This document shows, in pieces, positions 22,145-33,790 of a DNA stretch of 64,000 nt. Below the pieces are notes generated by a model. The model had not been told where the DNA came from, did no database searches, and worked only from the letters and a program-made list of their open reading frames with translations. The translations under genes and the position numbers were made by a program. This DNA is from an uncultured Haloferula sp. (lineage in GTDB: Bacteria > Verrucomicrobiota > Verrucomicrobiia > Verrucomicrobiales > Akkermansiaceae): contig CBFGTS010000003.1 in assembly GCA_965652295.1 (NCBI GenBank), forward strand, positions 128,001 through 192,000, in the 5' to 3' direction. The first letter of the stretch is position 1, and each line of letters opens with the position of its first letter.

Positions 22145-22843
22145 ATGTTATCCAAATCCCAAGCCCGCGCCTTCTTCTTAGGAGGAACCGGCGTCTTCTC
22201 GCTCGCCTTTCTGGCCCTCACTTACGACTCCCACAAGCAGGTGCCACACCTGACCAACGAAGATCAACTCACTCCACAAGTCATCGCCGGCAAGGAGATT
22301 TGGGAGGCCAACAATTGCATGGGGTGCCACACGCTATTCGGTGAGGGCGCTTACTATGCTCCTGAACTGACCAAGGTCGTCGAGCGCCGGGGCAAAGAGT
22401 GGATGCGACTTTTTCTCAAGGACCCTCAGGCGATGTATCCGGGGGAGCGGAAGATGGTGCAGTACGATTTCACGGAAGAGGAAATTGAAGAAGTCATCGC
22501 ATTTTTCGAATGGTGCGGGAAGGTCGACCTCAACGGATTTCCCGCAGATCCCCCCCTCGGGCGGGTCGCGGCGCCGGGGGCCCCAACCGGCAAGACCAGC
22601 GTCCCGAAGCCGCAGATCTTCTCCACCATCTGCGCCGCCTGCCACAGCGTCGGCGGGGAGGGTGGCAAGGTCGGCCCCGCACTCGACCTCGTGGGAACCA
22701 AAATGGACCACGACGCGATGAAAGCATGGATTGCCAACCCCCAGAAAATCAAACCCGGCACCGCCATGCCGCAGATCCCGATGACCCCCGAGCAACTCGA
22801 AGAAGTCGTCACCTACCTCCTCAGCCTCTCCGAAAACAACTGA
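22145..22843 (+). CDS. norC: Nitric oxide reductase cytochrome c subunit, with an extra C-terminal heme c domain
   Basis: MLSKSQARAFF, CMGCHTLFGEGAYYAPELT, then a second CAACH...GPAL...PGTAMP domain. Confidence 0.92.
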   Translation: MLSKSQARAFFLGGTGVFSLAFLALTYDSHKQVPHLTNEDQLTPQVIAGKEIWEANNCMGCHTLFGEGAYYAPELTKVVERRGKEWMRLFLKDPQAMYPGERKMVQYDFTEEEIEEVIAFFEWCGKVDLNGFPADPPLGRVAAPGAPTGKTSVPKPQIFSTICAACHSVGGEGGKVGPALDLVGTKMDHDAMKAWIANPQKIKPGTAMPQIPMTPEQLEEVVTYLLSLSENN

Positions 22844-22856
22844 CTTGTCCCACGTC

Positions 22857-24203
22857 ATGAAATTCAAGACTCAGAAGATCGCTTACTGGTTCTTCGCTCC
22901 GGCGTTACTGCTGCTTGTCCTTCAGATTGTCTACGGCTTCATCATGGGCTTCGCCCACATGGGCTTCGACGTCCTCCACGACATCATCCCCTTCAACACC
23001 GCCCGCGCGGTGCACACCAACCTGCTCGTGGTCTGGCTGTTGCTCGGTTTCATGGGAGCGGCCCACTTCATCATCCCCGAAGAGGCCGATCGGGAGATTG
23101 CCTGGCCGAAACTCGCCTACGTCCAGCTCATCTCCTTCCTGCTGGTCGGAGTGACTGCCATCGTCTGCTACCATCTCAATATCTGGGAGGGACGCAAGTT
23201 TCTCGAGATCCCGCGTCCGCTCGACTACCTGGTCGTCATCAACGTGCTGCTGTTCCTGGCGAACATTGGTTGGACGGTATGGAACGGGAAGCGCTTCACC
23301 ACGACGGCGATCGTTCTCTACATGGGGCTGTTGGCCGCAGCGCTGCTCTACCTGCCCGGAATGATCACCTTCGACAACCAGACCCTCGACTCCTTCTATC
23401 GCTGGTGGGTCGTTCACCTCTGGGTCGAGGGCGTGTGGGAACTGATCATGGGTGGCATCCTCTGCTTCCTGCTCATCAAACTCACCGGCGTTGATCGCGA
23501 GATCGTCGAGAAATGGCTCTACATCATCGTCGGGCTGACCTTCATCTCAGGCATCCTCGGCACCGGCCACCACTACTACTACATCGGCGTGCCGCGCTAC
23601 TGGCTGATCGTCGGCGGAATCTTCTCCGCACTTGAGCCGCTGGCCTTCCTCGGCATGGCAATGTATGCGCTCTATATGGCGCGTAAGGGCGGCCGCAAGC
23701 ACCCGAACAAAACGGCCCTCACTTGGACACTGGGCTGCTCGATCATGTCTTTCGTCGGTGCCGGTTTCCTCGGCTTCGCCCACACCCTGCCGCAGGTGAA
23801 CCTCTGGACCCACGGCACCCTCGTCACCGCGATGCATGGCCACCTCGCTTTCTGGGGAGCATACGCGATGATCGTCTTCGCTATGATGGCTTACTCCATG
23901 CCGTTGATGACCGGTCGCAAGCTATGGGACACCGCTGCGTCGAACTACGGGTTCTGGATCTCCAACATCGGAATGGTTGCGATGACCGGGGCCTTCGCCG
24001 TGGCCGGCATCAGCCAGGTGGTGCTCGAAAGACGCTCGGGAATCGATTTCCTCGAAGTCCAGAAGGAGGTCGAGCCGCACTTTCTCGGGCTCGTGCTTGC
24101 CGCCAGCTTGTTCACGATTGGAATCTTGCTCTTCGTGCTGAACTTCATCCGCTACGGCCGCCCCACCGATGAGGCGCTTGGAGCCGACCCCGCCGAATCA
24201 TGA
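22857..24203 (+). CDS. norB: Nitric oxide reductase catalytic subunit (cNOR)
   Basis: WWVVHLWVEGVWE, GTGHHYY, SALEP and MHGHLAF. Confidence 0.95.
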   Translation: MKFKTQKIAYWFFAPALLLLVLQIVYGFIMGFAHMGFDVLHDIIPFNTARAVHTNLLVVWLLLGFMGAAHFIIPEEADREIAWPKLAYVQLISFLLVGVTAIVCYHLNIWEGRKFLEIPRPLDYLVVINVLLFLANIGWTVWNGKRFTTTAIVLYMGLLAAALLYLPGMITFDNQTLDSFYRWWVVHLWVEGVWELIMGGILCFLLIKLTGVDREIVEKWLYIIVGLTFISGILGTGHHYYYIGVPRYWLIVGGIFSALEPLAFLGMAMYALYMARKGGRKHPNKTALTWTLGCSIMSFVGAGFLGFAHTLPQVNLWTHGTLVTAMHGHLAFWGAYAMIVFAMMAYSMPLMTGRKLWDTAASNYGFWISNIGMVAMTGAFAVAGISQVVLERRSGIDFLEVQKEVEPHFLGLVLAASLFTIGILLFVLNFIRYGRPTDEALGADPAES

Positions 24204-25006
24204 ATGCCACCCTCTCCCGTCCCGCCGTGGAAACGCAGCTCCCCTTTTATCTGCCGACCGGCCGCGAGGTGGAGCTGTGCGAAAAAGCCCACCACTCGCA
24301 GCTCCCGCTGATGCTCAAGGGGCCGACCGGCTGCGGGAAAACCCGTTTCGTCGAGCACATGGCCGCCCGCCTCGGCCGCGAGCTGATCACCGTGTCCTGC
24401 AACGAAGACACCTCCGCCACCGACCTGCTCGGCCGCCACCTGCTGGTCGGCGGCGACACGGTCTGGAACGACGGCCCGGTCACCCGCGCGGTGCGCTCCG
24501 GCGCGCTGCTCTACCTCGATGAAATCGCCGAGGCGCGCGCCGACGCCATCGTGGTGATCCACTCGCTCACCGACCACCGTCGCGAGATCTTCCTCGACCG
24601 CACCGGCGAACGCCTGCGTGCGGACAAGGACTTCATGCTCGTGGTCAGCTACAACCCCGGCTACCAGCGCAGCCTGCGCGAGCTGAAGCCCTCGACCCGC
24701 CAGCGCTTTCTCGCCATCGCCTTCGACTACCCCGTCGAGGACGACGAGGTGCGCATCGTCGCCAGCGAGTCCGGCACCGATGAGGCCACCGCCCGCAAGC
24801 TGGTCCGCATCGGCCGCAAGATCCGCCAGCTCACCGAGCTGTCGTTGATGGAATCCGTCTCGACCCGTCTGCTGATCGCCGCCGGCAAACTCATCGCCGC
24901 CGGCATCCCCCCACGGCTCGCCTGCACCACCGCCATCGCAGGCCCGCTCAGCGACGAGGACGAGGCGCTCGCCGCCATCACCCAGCTCATCGGGATCAGC
25001 ATCTAG
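24200..25006 (+). CDS. norQ: CbbQ/NirQ/NorQ AAA+ ATPase
   Basis: GPTGCGKTRFVE, YLDE, SYNPGYQ and LKPSTRQRF. Confidence 0.93.
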   Translation: MNATLSRPAVETQLPFYLPTGREVELCEKAHHSQLPLMLKGPTGCGKTRFVEHMAARLGRELITVSCNEDTSATDLLGRHLLVGGDTVWNDGPVTRAVRSGALLYLDEIAEARADAIVVIHSLTDHRREIFLDRTGERLRADKDFMLVVSYNPGYQRSLRELKPSTRQRFLAIAFDYPVEDDEVRIVASESGTDEATARKLVRIGRKIRQLTELSLMESVSTRLLIAAGKLIAAGIPPRLACTTAIAGPLSDEDEALAAITQLIGISI

Positions 25007-25023
25007 CAACTACTACACACGCC

Positions 25024-26724
25024 GTGTTCGAGTGGGAGGAAAGCACCTTCCTTGGCCTCAAGTCGCTCTACGAGCGCTGGGTGACCAAGCCGCAGCAACG
25101 CGAGCAGGCGGAGCGTGAAGCCCGCCTCGCCGATCACCGCGGCGCGCTGATGCTGCTCGCCCGGATGCTCTCCGCGCGGAATATCGGGCTTTTCGAGACC
25201 GACAACGCCGTGCTCTGCCTCGGCGATCGCGTCTGCCTGCCGCCGAGCTTCCACGCCGCCGCCACCCCGGAAGCCAACCTCCGGCTTTACGAGCTGAAAA
25301 CCATCCTCGCCGCCCTCGCCATCCGCGACCGCTGGCAGGACGACGGCCGCGGGCTCGCCGGACTCGTCGAATCCCTCGCCCCCGAGTTTCCCCGGTTGCC
25401 GGAAAAAGTCCGCTACCTCGAAGAGCACCTGATCGGCGAAGAAGGCCTGTGGGAGCTGCTCGGCACGCCGCGCGCCGACGACACCCGCGACTCCAAATCG
25501 ATCGAGGCCACCACGCCCGAAACCCCGGACGCCTCCGAGGTCACCACCGAGATCGAGGGCCGCGGCCAGACCGACGTGGAGGTGCTGCCCGATCCGGAGG
25601 ACGACGGCCACGGCGCCGACATGCCGATCCACACTTTCGAAAAGGCCGAGTGCCTCGAGGAAACCAGCGGGCTGAGCCGCAAGAAGGACGCCGACGACGA
25701 ACTCGAAGACCACGAGGAGGCCCTGCGCGAGGTCGAGATGCGCGAGGTCATCCGCTCCGCCGAACGCCCGCGCTCGATCTACCGCAGCGACGTCATCCTC
25801 GACGGCCTCGGGCTCGAAGTCGATGACTCGATCCCCACCGTCGGCGTCCCCTATCCCGAGTGGGATTACAAGAAGCGCCGCTACAAGGACGCCTGGTGCC
25901 GGCTCCAGATCCACCACCGCAGCGACTCGCACCCCGAATGGCTGGCGCGGGTCGAAACCAAGCACACCGCCCTGGTGCAGCGCCTGCGCAAGCAGTTCGC
26001 CCATCTCACCTCCGAGTTCCTGCAACTCCGCCGCCAGCCGGTCGGCACCGAGTTCGACCTCGACGCCGTGGTCGATTCCCGCGTGCGACTGCGCAGCGGC
26101 CACACACCCGACGAGCGGATCTACTGCGACCGTAGGAAAGACCTCCACGACGTCGCCGCGATGCTGCTGCTCGACCTCAGCTTTTCCACCGACTCGTGGG
26201 TGCGCGACATCCGCGTGCTCGATGCCATCATGGAAACGGTTTACTGCGTCGGCGAGGTCATCGACGGCTCCATCGAGTCCTTCGCCGTCGCCGGTTTCTC
26301 CTCCAACACCCGCCGCTCCTGCCGCTTCGAGCTGCTCAAGGATTTCCACGAACCGTGGCAAAAGGCGAAGCTCCACTTCGGCACGCTCCAGCCGCAGGGC
26401 TACACCCGCATCGGACCGGCACTGCGCCACGCCCACGAGATGCTGCTCAACCAGCACGCTTCGCGAAAAATCGCCATCCTCGTCACCGACGGCCGCCCCT
26501 GCGACTACGACCGCTACGAGGGCACCTACGGCATCCGCGACGTCCGCAAGGCGATCGAAACCGGCAAGCTCCACGGCCTCCGCACCCACGCCTTCGCCAT
26601 CGAAAAACAGGCCTGCGAGACCTTCCCCCAGATGTTCAGCCGCGACCATTTCGACGTCGTCCCTTCGCCCGACCATCTGCCGCGCCACATGAGCCGTCTC
26701 TTCGCCCGCCTGCTCGCCAGTTGA
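25024..26724 (+). CDS. norD: NorD vWA-domain activation protein
   Basis: YPEWDY, LLDLSFST (MIDAS), YTRIGPALRHA and TDGRP.DYDRYEG.YGI.D. Confidence 0.92.
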   Translation: MFEWEESTFLGLKSLYERWVTKPQQREQAEREARLADHRGALMLLARMLSARNIGLFETDNAVLCLGDRVCLPPSFHAAATPEANLRLYELKTILAALAIRDRWQDDGRGLAGLVESLAPEFPRLPEKVRYLEEHLIGEEGLWELLGTPRADDTRDSKSIEATTPETPDASEVTTEIEGRGQTDVEVLPDPEDDGHGADMPIHTFEKAECLEETSGLSRKKDADDELEDHEEALREVEMREVIRSAERPRSIYRSDVILDGLGLEVDDSIPTVGVPYPEWDYKKRRYKDAWCRLQIHHRSDSHPEWLARVETKHTALVQRLRKQFAHLTSEFLQLRRQPVGTEFDLDAVVDSRVRLRSGHTPDERIYCDRRKDLHDVAAMLLLDLSFSTDSWVRDIRVLDAIMETVYCVGEVIDGSIESFAVAGFSSNTRRSCRFELLKDFHEPWQKAKLHFGTLQPQGYTRIGPALRHAHEMLLNQHASRKIAILVTDGRPCDYDRYEGTYGIRDVRKAIETGKLHGLRTHAFAIEKQACETFPQMFSRDHFDVVPSPDHLPRHMSRLFARLLAS

Positions 26725-26726
26725 TC

Positions 26727-27302
26727 ATGGAAACCGACACCACTCACCGCCCACGCCCAAGTCTCCTCGAGCCGCCCGGCGGCTTCTTCATCTGGATGCT
26801 CGTCGTCCTCGAACTCGCCACCTTCGGCGTCGCCCTGATCGCGCTCGTCGTTTCCGCGCGCAACGACCCAGAAACCTACCACCAGTCGCGCCTGCTTCTC
26901 GACCCCCGCTACGGCATCGCCAACACCGTGTTCCTGCTCACCAGCGGCTACTTCATGGCCGAAAGCGTGCGCCATTTCCACCGGGCGGACCGCCCCCGTA
27001 CCCGGCGCTGCCTGTGGCTGGCTATCGCCGGCGGCCTCGCCTTTCTCGGCCTCAAGGGCGTCGAGTACGCCGGCAAGGTCTCCCACGGCCACACCCTCGG
27101 CTCCGATCCCTTCTTCACCTGGTACTGGCTGCTGACCGTCTTCCACCTCATGCACGTGCTCGTCGGTCTCGTCATCCTCGGCTGCCTGCTGAAACGTCTT
27201 TCCACCATCGAAGGCGACGACTTCGAAGCCGGCGGGGTCTTCTGGCATATGTGCGATCTCATCTGGCTGCTGCTCTTTCCCATTCTCTATCTCATCTTCT
27301 GA
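26727..27302 (+). CDS. norE: Cytochrome c oxidase subunit III-like protein
   Basis: NT.FLLTSG, FH.MHV..G and FWHMCDLIW...FP..Y; in the nor operon. Confidence 0.85.
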   Translation: METDTTHRPRPSLLEPPGGFFIWMLVVLELATFGVALIALVVSARNDPETYHQSRLLLDPRYGIANTVFLLTSGYFMAESVRHFHRADRPRTRRCLWLAIAGGLAFLGLKGVEYAGKVSHGHTLGSDPFFTWYWLLTVFHLMHVLVGLVILGCLLKRLSTIEGDDFEAGGVFWHMCDLIWLLLFPILYLIF

Positions 27303-27310
27303 GTGCTTCC

Positions 27311-27550
27311 ATGAATCATCTCGCCACCTATCTCGTCCTGCTGGCACTCACCGCCACATCCATCCTGCTCGCCGAGCGATTCCCGCAGCTCGACATGCTT
27401 CCCCTCGCGATCATGGGGCTGGCCACCGCCAAGTTCCTGCTGGTCGCCTTCCGCTTTATGGAGATGCGCCGCGGCCACCTCGCCTGGAAAGTCGGCCTGA
27501 TCGGATTCAGCACGTTGTTCCTGGTCTTTCTCTCCATCGCTTCGCCATGA
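27311..27550 (+). CDS. COX subunit IV-like / NorF-like small membrane protein
   Basis: Three TM helices, KFLLVAFRFMEMR. Confidence 0.8.
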   Translation: MNHLATYLVLLALTATSILLAERFPQLDMLPLAIMGLATAKFLLVAFRFMEMRRGHLAWKVGLIGFSTLFLVFLSIASP

Positions 27551-27864
27551 AATCGCGTCCTCTCCTGTTCATCGCTCCCGGCTGCATCATGCTGATCGCC
27601 GGCTTCGGTTTGATGCTGGCTGCCGCCGTCAGCGGACGCCTTTCCAGCGAGGCCGCCCTGCCGCTTCCCTTCGGTTTCACCACCGCCGCCACAGGCGCGA
27701 TGCTCCTCACCCGCACCCCGCTCGCCGTCTTTTTTCTCTTCATTTACGCCGCCGCGGTGCTGGTCATCGCCTGTCGGCAAGTCGGCTTCCTGCACCCGGT
27801 TCCCCTGCTCTATCTCGCGCTGATCGCCTACTGCCTCCCCCTCGCGAAGCACGCGAAGGCATAG
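27547..27864 (+). CDS. Hypothetical membrane protein
   Basis: 105 aa hydrophobic; ATGA-coupled to the upstream gene. Confidence 0.65.
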   Translation: MKSRPLLFIAPGCIMLIAGFGLMLAAAVSGRLSSEAALPLPFGFTTAATGAMLLTRTPLAVFFLFIYAAAVLVIACRQVGFLHPVPLLYLALIAYCLPLAKHAKA

Positions 27865-28196
27865 CCGCGATGGATCTCCGGATTACCACGCTTCCTCCCT
27901 GCCGCCCTCAGTCGCGATTCGACACCTTTGTCGTACCCCGCCGGTCACGTGTGATCGTGCCCCCCGCCTAATGGAGCAACACCCGCGGGGGGGCATCCCC
28001 GCGATAACTCCGAAACCGAACAGGAGTATCGTCTCCAGCGCATCGAGCAAATGGGGATGGATGGTGCGCTACCTCCGCCACATCTTCGTCCTTCCATTCC
28101 GGCAGACTCCCGGTGCGGGCGATGGTCAAGCCGACTCCCTGTGGAACATCCGCGCCAAGGCACCCGTCATTCCGCATTCGGCAGCGGTTCCGTCTC

Positions 28197-29567
<1,371 letters not shown>

Positions 29568-29999
29568 TCAAGGAGTCAAAACCCGACGCAGTGACGCGGG
29601 TCGGGCCACAAGATCCGCCAACGAGTAGCCGTCGAGCACTTCGAAAAACGCATCCGCGGCTTCGTGAAACACCACCTTGAGTCGACATGCCGAACGGATA
29701 CGGCATGGACCTTCACGGCGCGCACCACATTCGATCACGCGATCCGATTTCTCGCCGAGGCGCACGATTTCCCCAACGCCGATCGCCTCGGGCACCCGCG
29801 CCAACGTGAAGCCGCCTCCCACCCCTCGACGGGTTTCCAGGAAACCCTGTTTGCTCAGTTCGTGCACGATCTTGACGAGATGATGGCGCGAGATGCCATA
29901 GGCTTCGGTCACCTCCGCCACCGTCACGAGACGATCGGGAAACAATGCAGCGTGCATCAGCACCCGGAGCGCAAAATCGGAGGCGGCGGTCACTTGCAT
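29568..29999 (-). CDS. nsrR: Rrf2-family regulator, NsrR-like
   Basis: SDFALRVLM, ISRHHLVKIV, RGVGGGF.L and EC...C.I..AC.LK; NsrR-type palindrome immediately upstream. Confidence 0.85.
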   Translation of the reverse strand: MQVTAASDFALRVLMHAALFPDRLVTVAEVTEAYGISRHHLVKIVHELSKQGFLETRRGVGGGFTLARVPEAIGVGEIVRLGEKSDRVIECGARREGPCRIRSACRLKVVFHEAADAFFEVLDGYSLADLVARPASLRRVLTP

Positions 30000-30038
30000 C
30001 GCCGTCACGATCCGCAGTGATCGGGCGAGGTGCAAGCA

Positions 30039-30063
30039 AAAGATGTATTTGCATTACATCTTT
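30039..30063. promoter_or_regulatory. NsrR-type binding site
   Basis: AAAGATGTA-TTTGCAT-TACATCTTT inverted repeat, close to the gATGyAT-N5-ATrCATc NsrR consensus, between nsrR and ptsP. Confidence 0.8.
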
Positions 30064-30128
30064 AAATCTGCCATCCTGACCACCACCTGCCGGGACGACG
30101 ATTTCCCCGCCGTCACCTCATCCTCAGC

Positions 30129-31946
30129 ATGTGTTCCAGCGGAAAAATGATCGTGGCCACTCCGGCCTCCACCGGGCTGGCGCGGGGATTCGCCCGACTG
30201 TGCCGATGCGCGCTGACACCCGTCGTTCACCGGCGAAGCATCGACCCGGGCGAGGTGGAGTCCGAGCTCCGACGCTTCGACGATGCCGTCGCAACGGTGG
30301 AAGCGAAACTGGAGCGGCTCCGGGAGGAGGTGAGTCAGACGATCGGAGAGGTCGAGGCCGGGGTTTTCGACGTCCACGTCCTGATGCTGCGCGAGTCGAA
30401 GCTTCGAAGCGCCGTGCATCGCCTGTGCAGGGATGCAGCGATGAACGTCGAGGCGGCCGTCGAGGAGGCGATCCGGGAACTGGAAACACTCTTTCTTCGG
30501 ATGGACGATGACTATCTACGGGAGAGGGCTGTCGATCTCCGGGAAGTGGGACGCAGGTTGTTGAATCATCTCGGCGATGCCAGTTCGCTTTCGCCCCCCT
30601 CGACGTCCGACGACGAAATCCTGGTGACCACCGAACTGCTTTCCTCGGTCGTGGCCCGGCTGGAGTCCGGAGCGGTTCGCGGCTTGATCGTCGAACGCGG
30701 CGGCGTCACGGCCCACGCCTCCATCCTGGCGCGGGCGAGGGGGATTCCAATGCTTGTGCAAGCGGAGCATGCCACGCGGGAGATTTCCGATGGGGATCGC
30801 TTGATCCTCGATGCGCTTGGCGGGCGGATCTTCATCACCCCGGGCATCGCCGTCGAGCAACGCTATGATCGTTTGGCGGCCGATCTCCGGAACCACCAGA
30901 TCCTGCTTCAGGACCAGCTCGACCAACCGCCCATCACCCTGGACGGTGTCGGGATCCAACTCGCCGCCAACATCGGCCAAACCGCGGATGCGGTCGCAGC
31001 CGGTCGCATCAAGGCCGCGGGCGCCGGACTCTACCGCACCGAGTTCGTGTTCATGGCAGAGAACCACTTCCCTTCAGAGGCGGAGCAATACCACTTCTAC
31101 AAATCCACCGCGGAGTGTCTCGCACCCGAACGTACCGCGATCCGGTTGCTCGATGTCGGCAGCGACAAGCCACTACCCTACTTCTCGCCGCCCCGGGAAG
31201 AGAATCCCGCCCTGGGAAACCGCGGCGTGCGGCTGCTACTCGAGCACCCGGAAATCCTCCGTCCCCAGCTCCGCGCAATCCTGCGGCTGGCCGCCACACT
31301 TCCGGTCTCGATCCTCGTGCCGATGGTCGGGGGCATGGACGACTGGCGGGCCATTCGCGAGGCGATTGACGACTGCGCAGCGGATCTCGCCGCGGAAGGC
31401 GAAGTCCACAACTCCACCGTCCCCGTCGGCGTCATGATCGAGACCCCGGGCGCCGTGTTGCTCGCCGCCGAGCTGGCTGCAGCCGCCGATTTCGTCAGTG
31501 TCGGAACCAACGACCTGGTGCAATACCTGCTGGCGGCTGACCGGGGCGACAGCGAGAAATCGTCCGCCTACGACCCCCTCCACCCCGCCGTGCTGCGGGC
31601 CTTGGCCTCCGTGGTGAGCGCCGTCAACGCGGCCGGCAAACCGCTCTCGCTGTGCGGGGAAATTGCCGGCGATCCCTCCTTCACCGTGCTGCTGCTGGGG
31701 CTGGGGTTCCGCCGCCTGAGCGTGGTTCCCAGCCAGCTCCTCGAAATCAAACATGCGATCCGATCGATCCATCTCGACGAGGCCGCCGACCTCGCCGCGA
31801 GCGTGCTCGCCATGGACTCGACTGCCGAAATCCATGCCACCATCGGGTCCGAATGGCAACGTCGCCGGCCGGTGACGCCGCCCGAACTGACTAGCGCCGC
31901 CGCCGTGGAACCGACGACCGGACTCGGACCCACCCGCCGACCATGA
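30129..31946 (+). CDS. ptsP: Phosphoenolpyruvate-protein phosphotransferase (PTS enzyme I, no GAF domain)
   Basis: GGVTAHASILAR (phospho-His), GLYRTEF, ENPALG.RG.R, MIETP, SVGTNDL.QY and CGE.A. Confidence 0.92.
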   Translation: MCSSGKMIVATPASTGLARGFARLCRCALTPVVHRRSIDPGEVESELRRFDDAVATVEAKLERLREEVSQTIGEVEAGVFDVHVLMLRESKLRSAVHRLCRDAAMNVEAAVEEAIRELETLFLRMDDDYLRERAVDLREVGRRLLNHLGDASSLSPPSTSDDEILVTTELLSSVVARLESGAVRGLIVERGGVTAHASILARARGIPMLVQAEHATREISDGDRLILDALGGRIFITPGIAVEQRYDRLAADLRNHQILLQDQLDQPPITLDGVGIQLAANIGQTADAVAAGRIKAAGAGLYRTEFVFMAENHFPSEAEQYHFYKSTAECLAPERTAIRLLDVGSDKPLPYFSPPREENPALGNRGVRLLLEHPEILRPQLRAILRLAATLPVSILVPMVGGMDDWRAIREAIDDCAADLAAEGEVHNSTVPVGVMIETPGAVLLAAELAAAADFVSVGTNDLVQYLLAADRGDSEKSSAYDPLHPAVLRALASVVSAVNAAGKPLSLCGEIAGDPSFTVLLLGLGFRRLSVVPSQLLEIKHAIRSIHLDEAADLAASVLAMDSTAEIHATIGSEWQRRRPVTPPELTSAAAVEPTTGLGPTRRP

Positions 31947-32287
31947 CCATCCGACTGAAACGCGCATACGATGATGCCGCCTCGTCCGACGGCCGACGCA
32001 TCCTGGTCGACCGCCTGTGGCCGCGCGGCGTTTCAAAGGAGGATGCCGCGATCGACGACTGGCCGAAGGAAATCGCCCCCAGTGCCGAGCTGCGGAAATG
32101 GTTCGGCCACGACCCGGAAAAGTGGGGCGAATTCCGCAAGCGCTACCGCAAGGAACTCCAGGACCACGCCGACGAGCTGGGGCGGATCCGCGATCACGCC
32201 CGCCACGGCACCGTCACCCTAGTTTACGCCGCCAAGGACGAGGAGCACAACCAAGCCGTCGTACTCAAGGACGTGCTCGAAGCCTGA
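31943..32287 (+). CDS. DUF488 (YeaO-like) protein
   Basis: KRAYD, RILVDRLWPRG, APSAELRKWFGH and HNQA.VL. Confidence 0.9.
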   Translation: MTIRLKRAYDDAASSDGRRILVDRLWPRGVSKEDAAIDDWPKEIAPSAELRKWFGHDPEKWGEFRKRYRKELQDHADELGRIRDHARHGTVTLVYAAKDEEHNQAVVLKDVLEA

Positions 32288-32294
32288 AGCGGTT

Positions 32295-32615
32295 TCAGAC
32301 TCCGTCCTCCTCGTCGAGCCGGCGGATCGCTCCGAGCAACTCGACCAGCCGCCGTCCCTTGCCGGTGAGCGAATACTCAGTCCGCAGCGGCACCTCGGGA
32401 AAGACCTTCTTGGTCAGCAATCCGTAGGCGCTCAATTTCCTCAGCCGTTCCGCGAGTACCTTCTTCGAGATCCCCTCGATCTCCCGCTCCAGCGCACCCG
32501 GGCGGTTGACGCCGAGTTCCACGCAACGCAATACCGAGACCGACCACTTGCAGCCGATCACCTGTTCAAGACAGCGGTAGTTCCGCTCCCGGGCCTTGGA
32601 GATTTTTTTCTCCAT
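32295..32615 (-). CDS. HxlR-family winged-helix regulator
   Basis: IGCKWS, GISKKVLAERLRKL and EVPLRTEYSLT..G. Confidence 0.88.
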   Translation of the reverse strand: MEKKISKARERNYRCLEQVIGCKWSVSVLRCVELGVNRPGALEREIEGISKKVLAERLRKLSAYGLLTKKVFPEVPLRTEYSLTGKGRRLVELLGAIRRLDEEDGV

Positions 32616-32746
32616 GATCCTGCGCGATTTCTACCGATTGGTGCCCGAGGCACCGAAAAGTGCCCGGTTTTCACCTCAGGCAGGACGCGTGATGTTCCGT
32701 CGTGCCTGAAGCAATCGAGCACAACCAATCCACAACCAATACCGAC

Positions 32747-32980
32747 ATGAAACAAGCCACATTCTACCACGCCGGATGCCCCGTCTGCGTCGAAGCCGAA
32801 CAAACCATCGCCGGAGCGCTCGATCCGAACCGCTATCAGCTCGAGGTCGTGTACCTCGGCAGCGACAAGTCCCGCCTCGCCGAAGCCGAAGCCGCCGGCG
32901 TGAAATCCGTCCCCGCCCTGGTCCTCGACGGCACCGCGCTCCACATCAATCACGGGGCCGACCTCGCCGCCCTGAAGTAA
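32747..32980 (+). CDS. Small thioredoxin/glutaredoxin-like protein
   Basis: HAGCPVC and GVKSVPAL; divergent from HxlR. Confidence 0.85.
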   Translation: MKQATFYHAGCPVCVEAEQTIAGALDPNRYQLEVVYLGSDKSRLAEAEAAGVKSVPALVLDGTALHINHGADLAALK

Positions 32981-33046
32981 TCCCTCCGCCGCCTGCCGCG
33001 CCAAGGCAGGCGGCTACCCTTCTCCCCAAGGGACGGAAATTCTCCG

Positions 33047-33730
33047 TCACTTCCGCACACCGGGCTGTCCGCCACAACACGCGCTGGCGGTCACCGGCAG
33101 GCAAGCGCCGTCGTCGGGAGCGGGATCCGTCTTTCCCTGAGAGGGCAGCGACAGCGATTCGCCCGGAGCCTCCGCGACCGAATTGATGACTCCAGGAAAC
33201 TTACCCACTGGAAACACCCCCGCCTGCACGGTCCGCAGGTCCTCCAGCGTCACGAACAACGACGGATCAAACCTCCGCAGAACCGCCATCAGTCCCCGCA
33301 CCTTCGAGCGGGCCACGGCCACCAGCACCACTTCAACCCGTCCCCGTCCGCCATTGCCTGGCACCGCGGTGACCGCGTATTGGTGCTCGCGCAACAACCC
33401 GACCAGCTCGTCCGGATTCTGATGGCAAAAGATCCGGACCAACTGGTGGCCCAGCGCCAGCTTTTCCTCCAGCGCCATACCGCAGTAGGTTCCCGCCGCG
33501 AATCCCGTCGCCCAGGCAAACGCATAGGCGAGATTGTCGAGGTTGCTCATGATCTGCGTCATTGCCAGAAGCCACACCGTCACCTCCACGAAAGCCAGCA
33601 ACGGCACAATTCGCTTCGCACCACGGGTGATCAGGATATGCCGCATCGTAGCCAGCGTCACGTCGATCAACCGCGCCACAAAGATCAGCACGGGAATCAC
33701 CACCCACGCGATCATATCATTTGTATCCAT
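33047..33730 (-). CDS. DUF2179/UPF0316-family membrane protein
   Basis: IFVARLIDVTLATMR, FVEVTVW and GFAAGTY.G..LEEKLALG. Confidence 0.88.
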   Translation of the reverse strand: MDTNDMIAWVVIPVLIFVARLIDVTLATMRHILITRGAKRIVPLLAFVEVTVWLLAMTQIMSNLDNLAYAFAWATGFAAGTYCGMALEEKLALGHQLVRIFCHQNPDELVGLLREHQYAVTAVPGNGGRGRVEVVLVAVARSKVRGLMAVLRRFDPSLFVTLEDLRTVQAGVFPVGKFPGVINSVAEAPGESLSLPSQGKTDPAPDDGACLPVTASACCGGQPGVRK

Positions 33731-33790
33731 AATTGCAGCCATCATATCATCTCGGAAAATGCATAAGCTCAGCGAGATCGCCGGAACGAT

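Noticed and set aside
26727..27550. Aerobic cytochrome c oxidase operon
   Set aside because: Subunits I and II are absent; the COX III/IV-like genes follow norD and fit NorE/NorF.
27865..28196. Short ORFs between the nor operon and gdhA
   Set aside because: No recognisable motif in any frame; possibly a decayed fragment.
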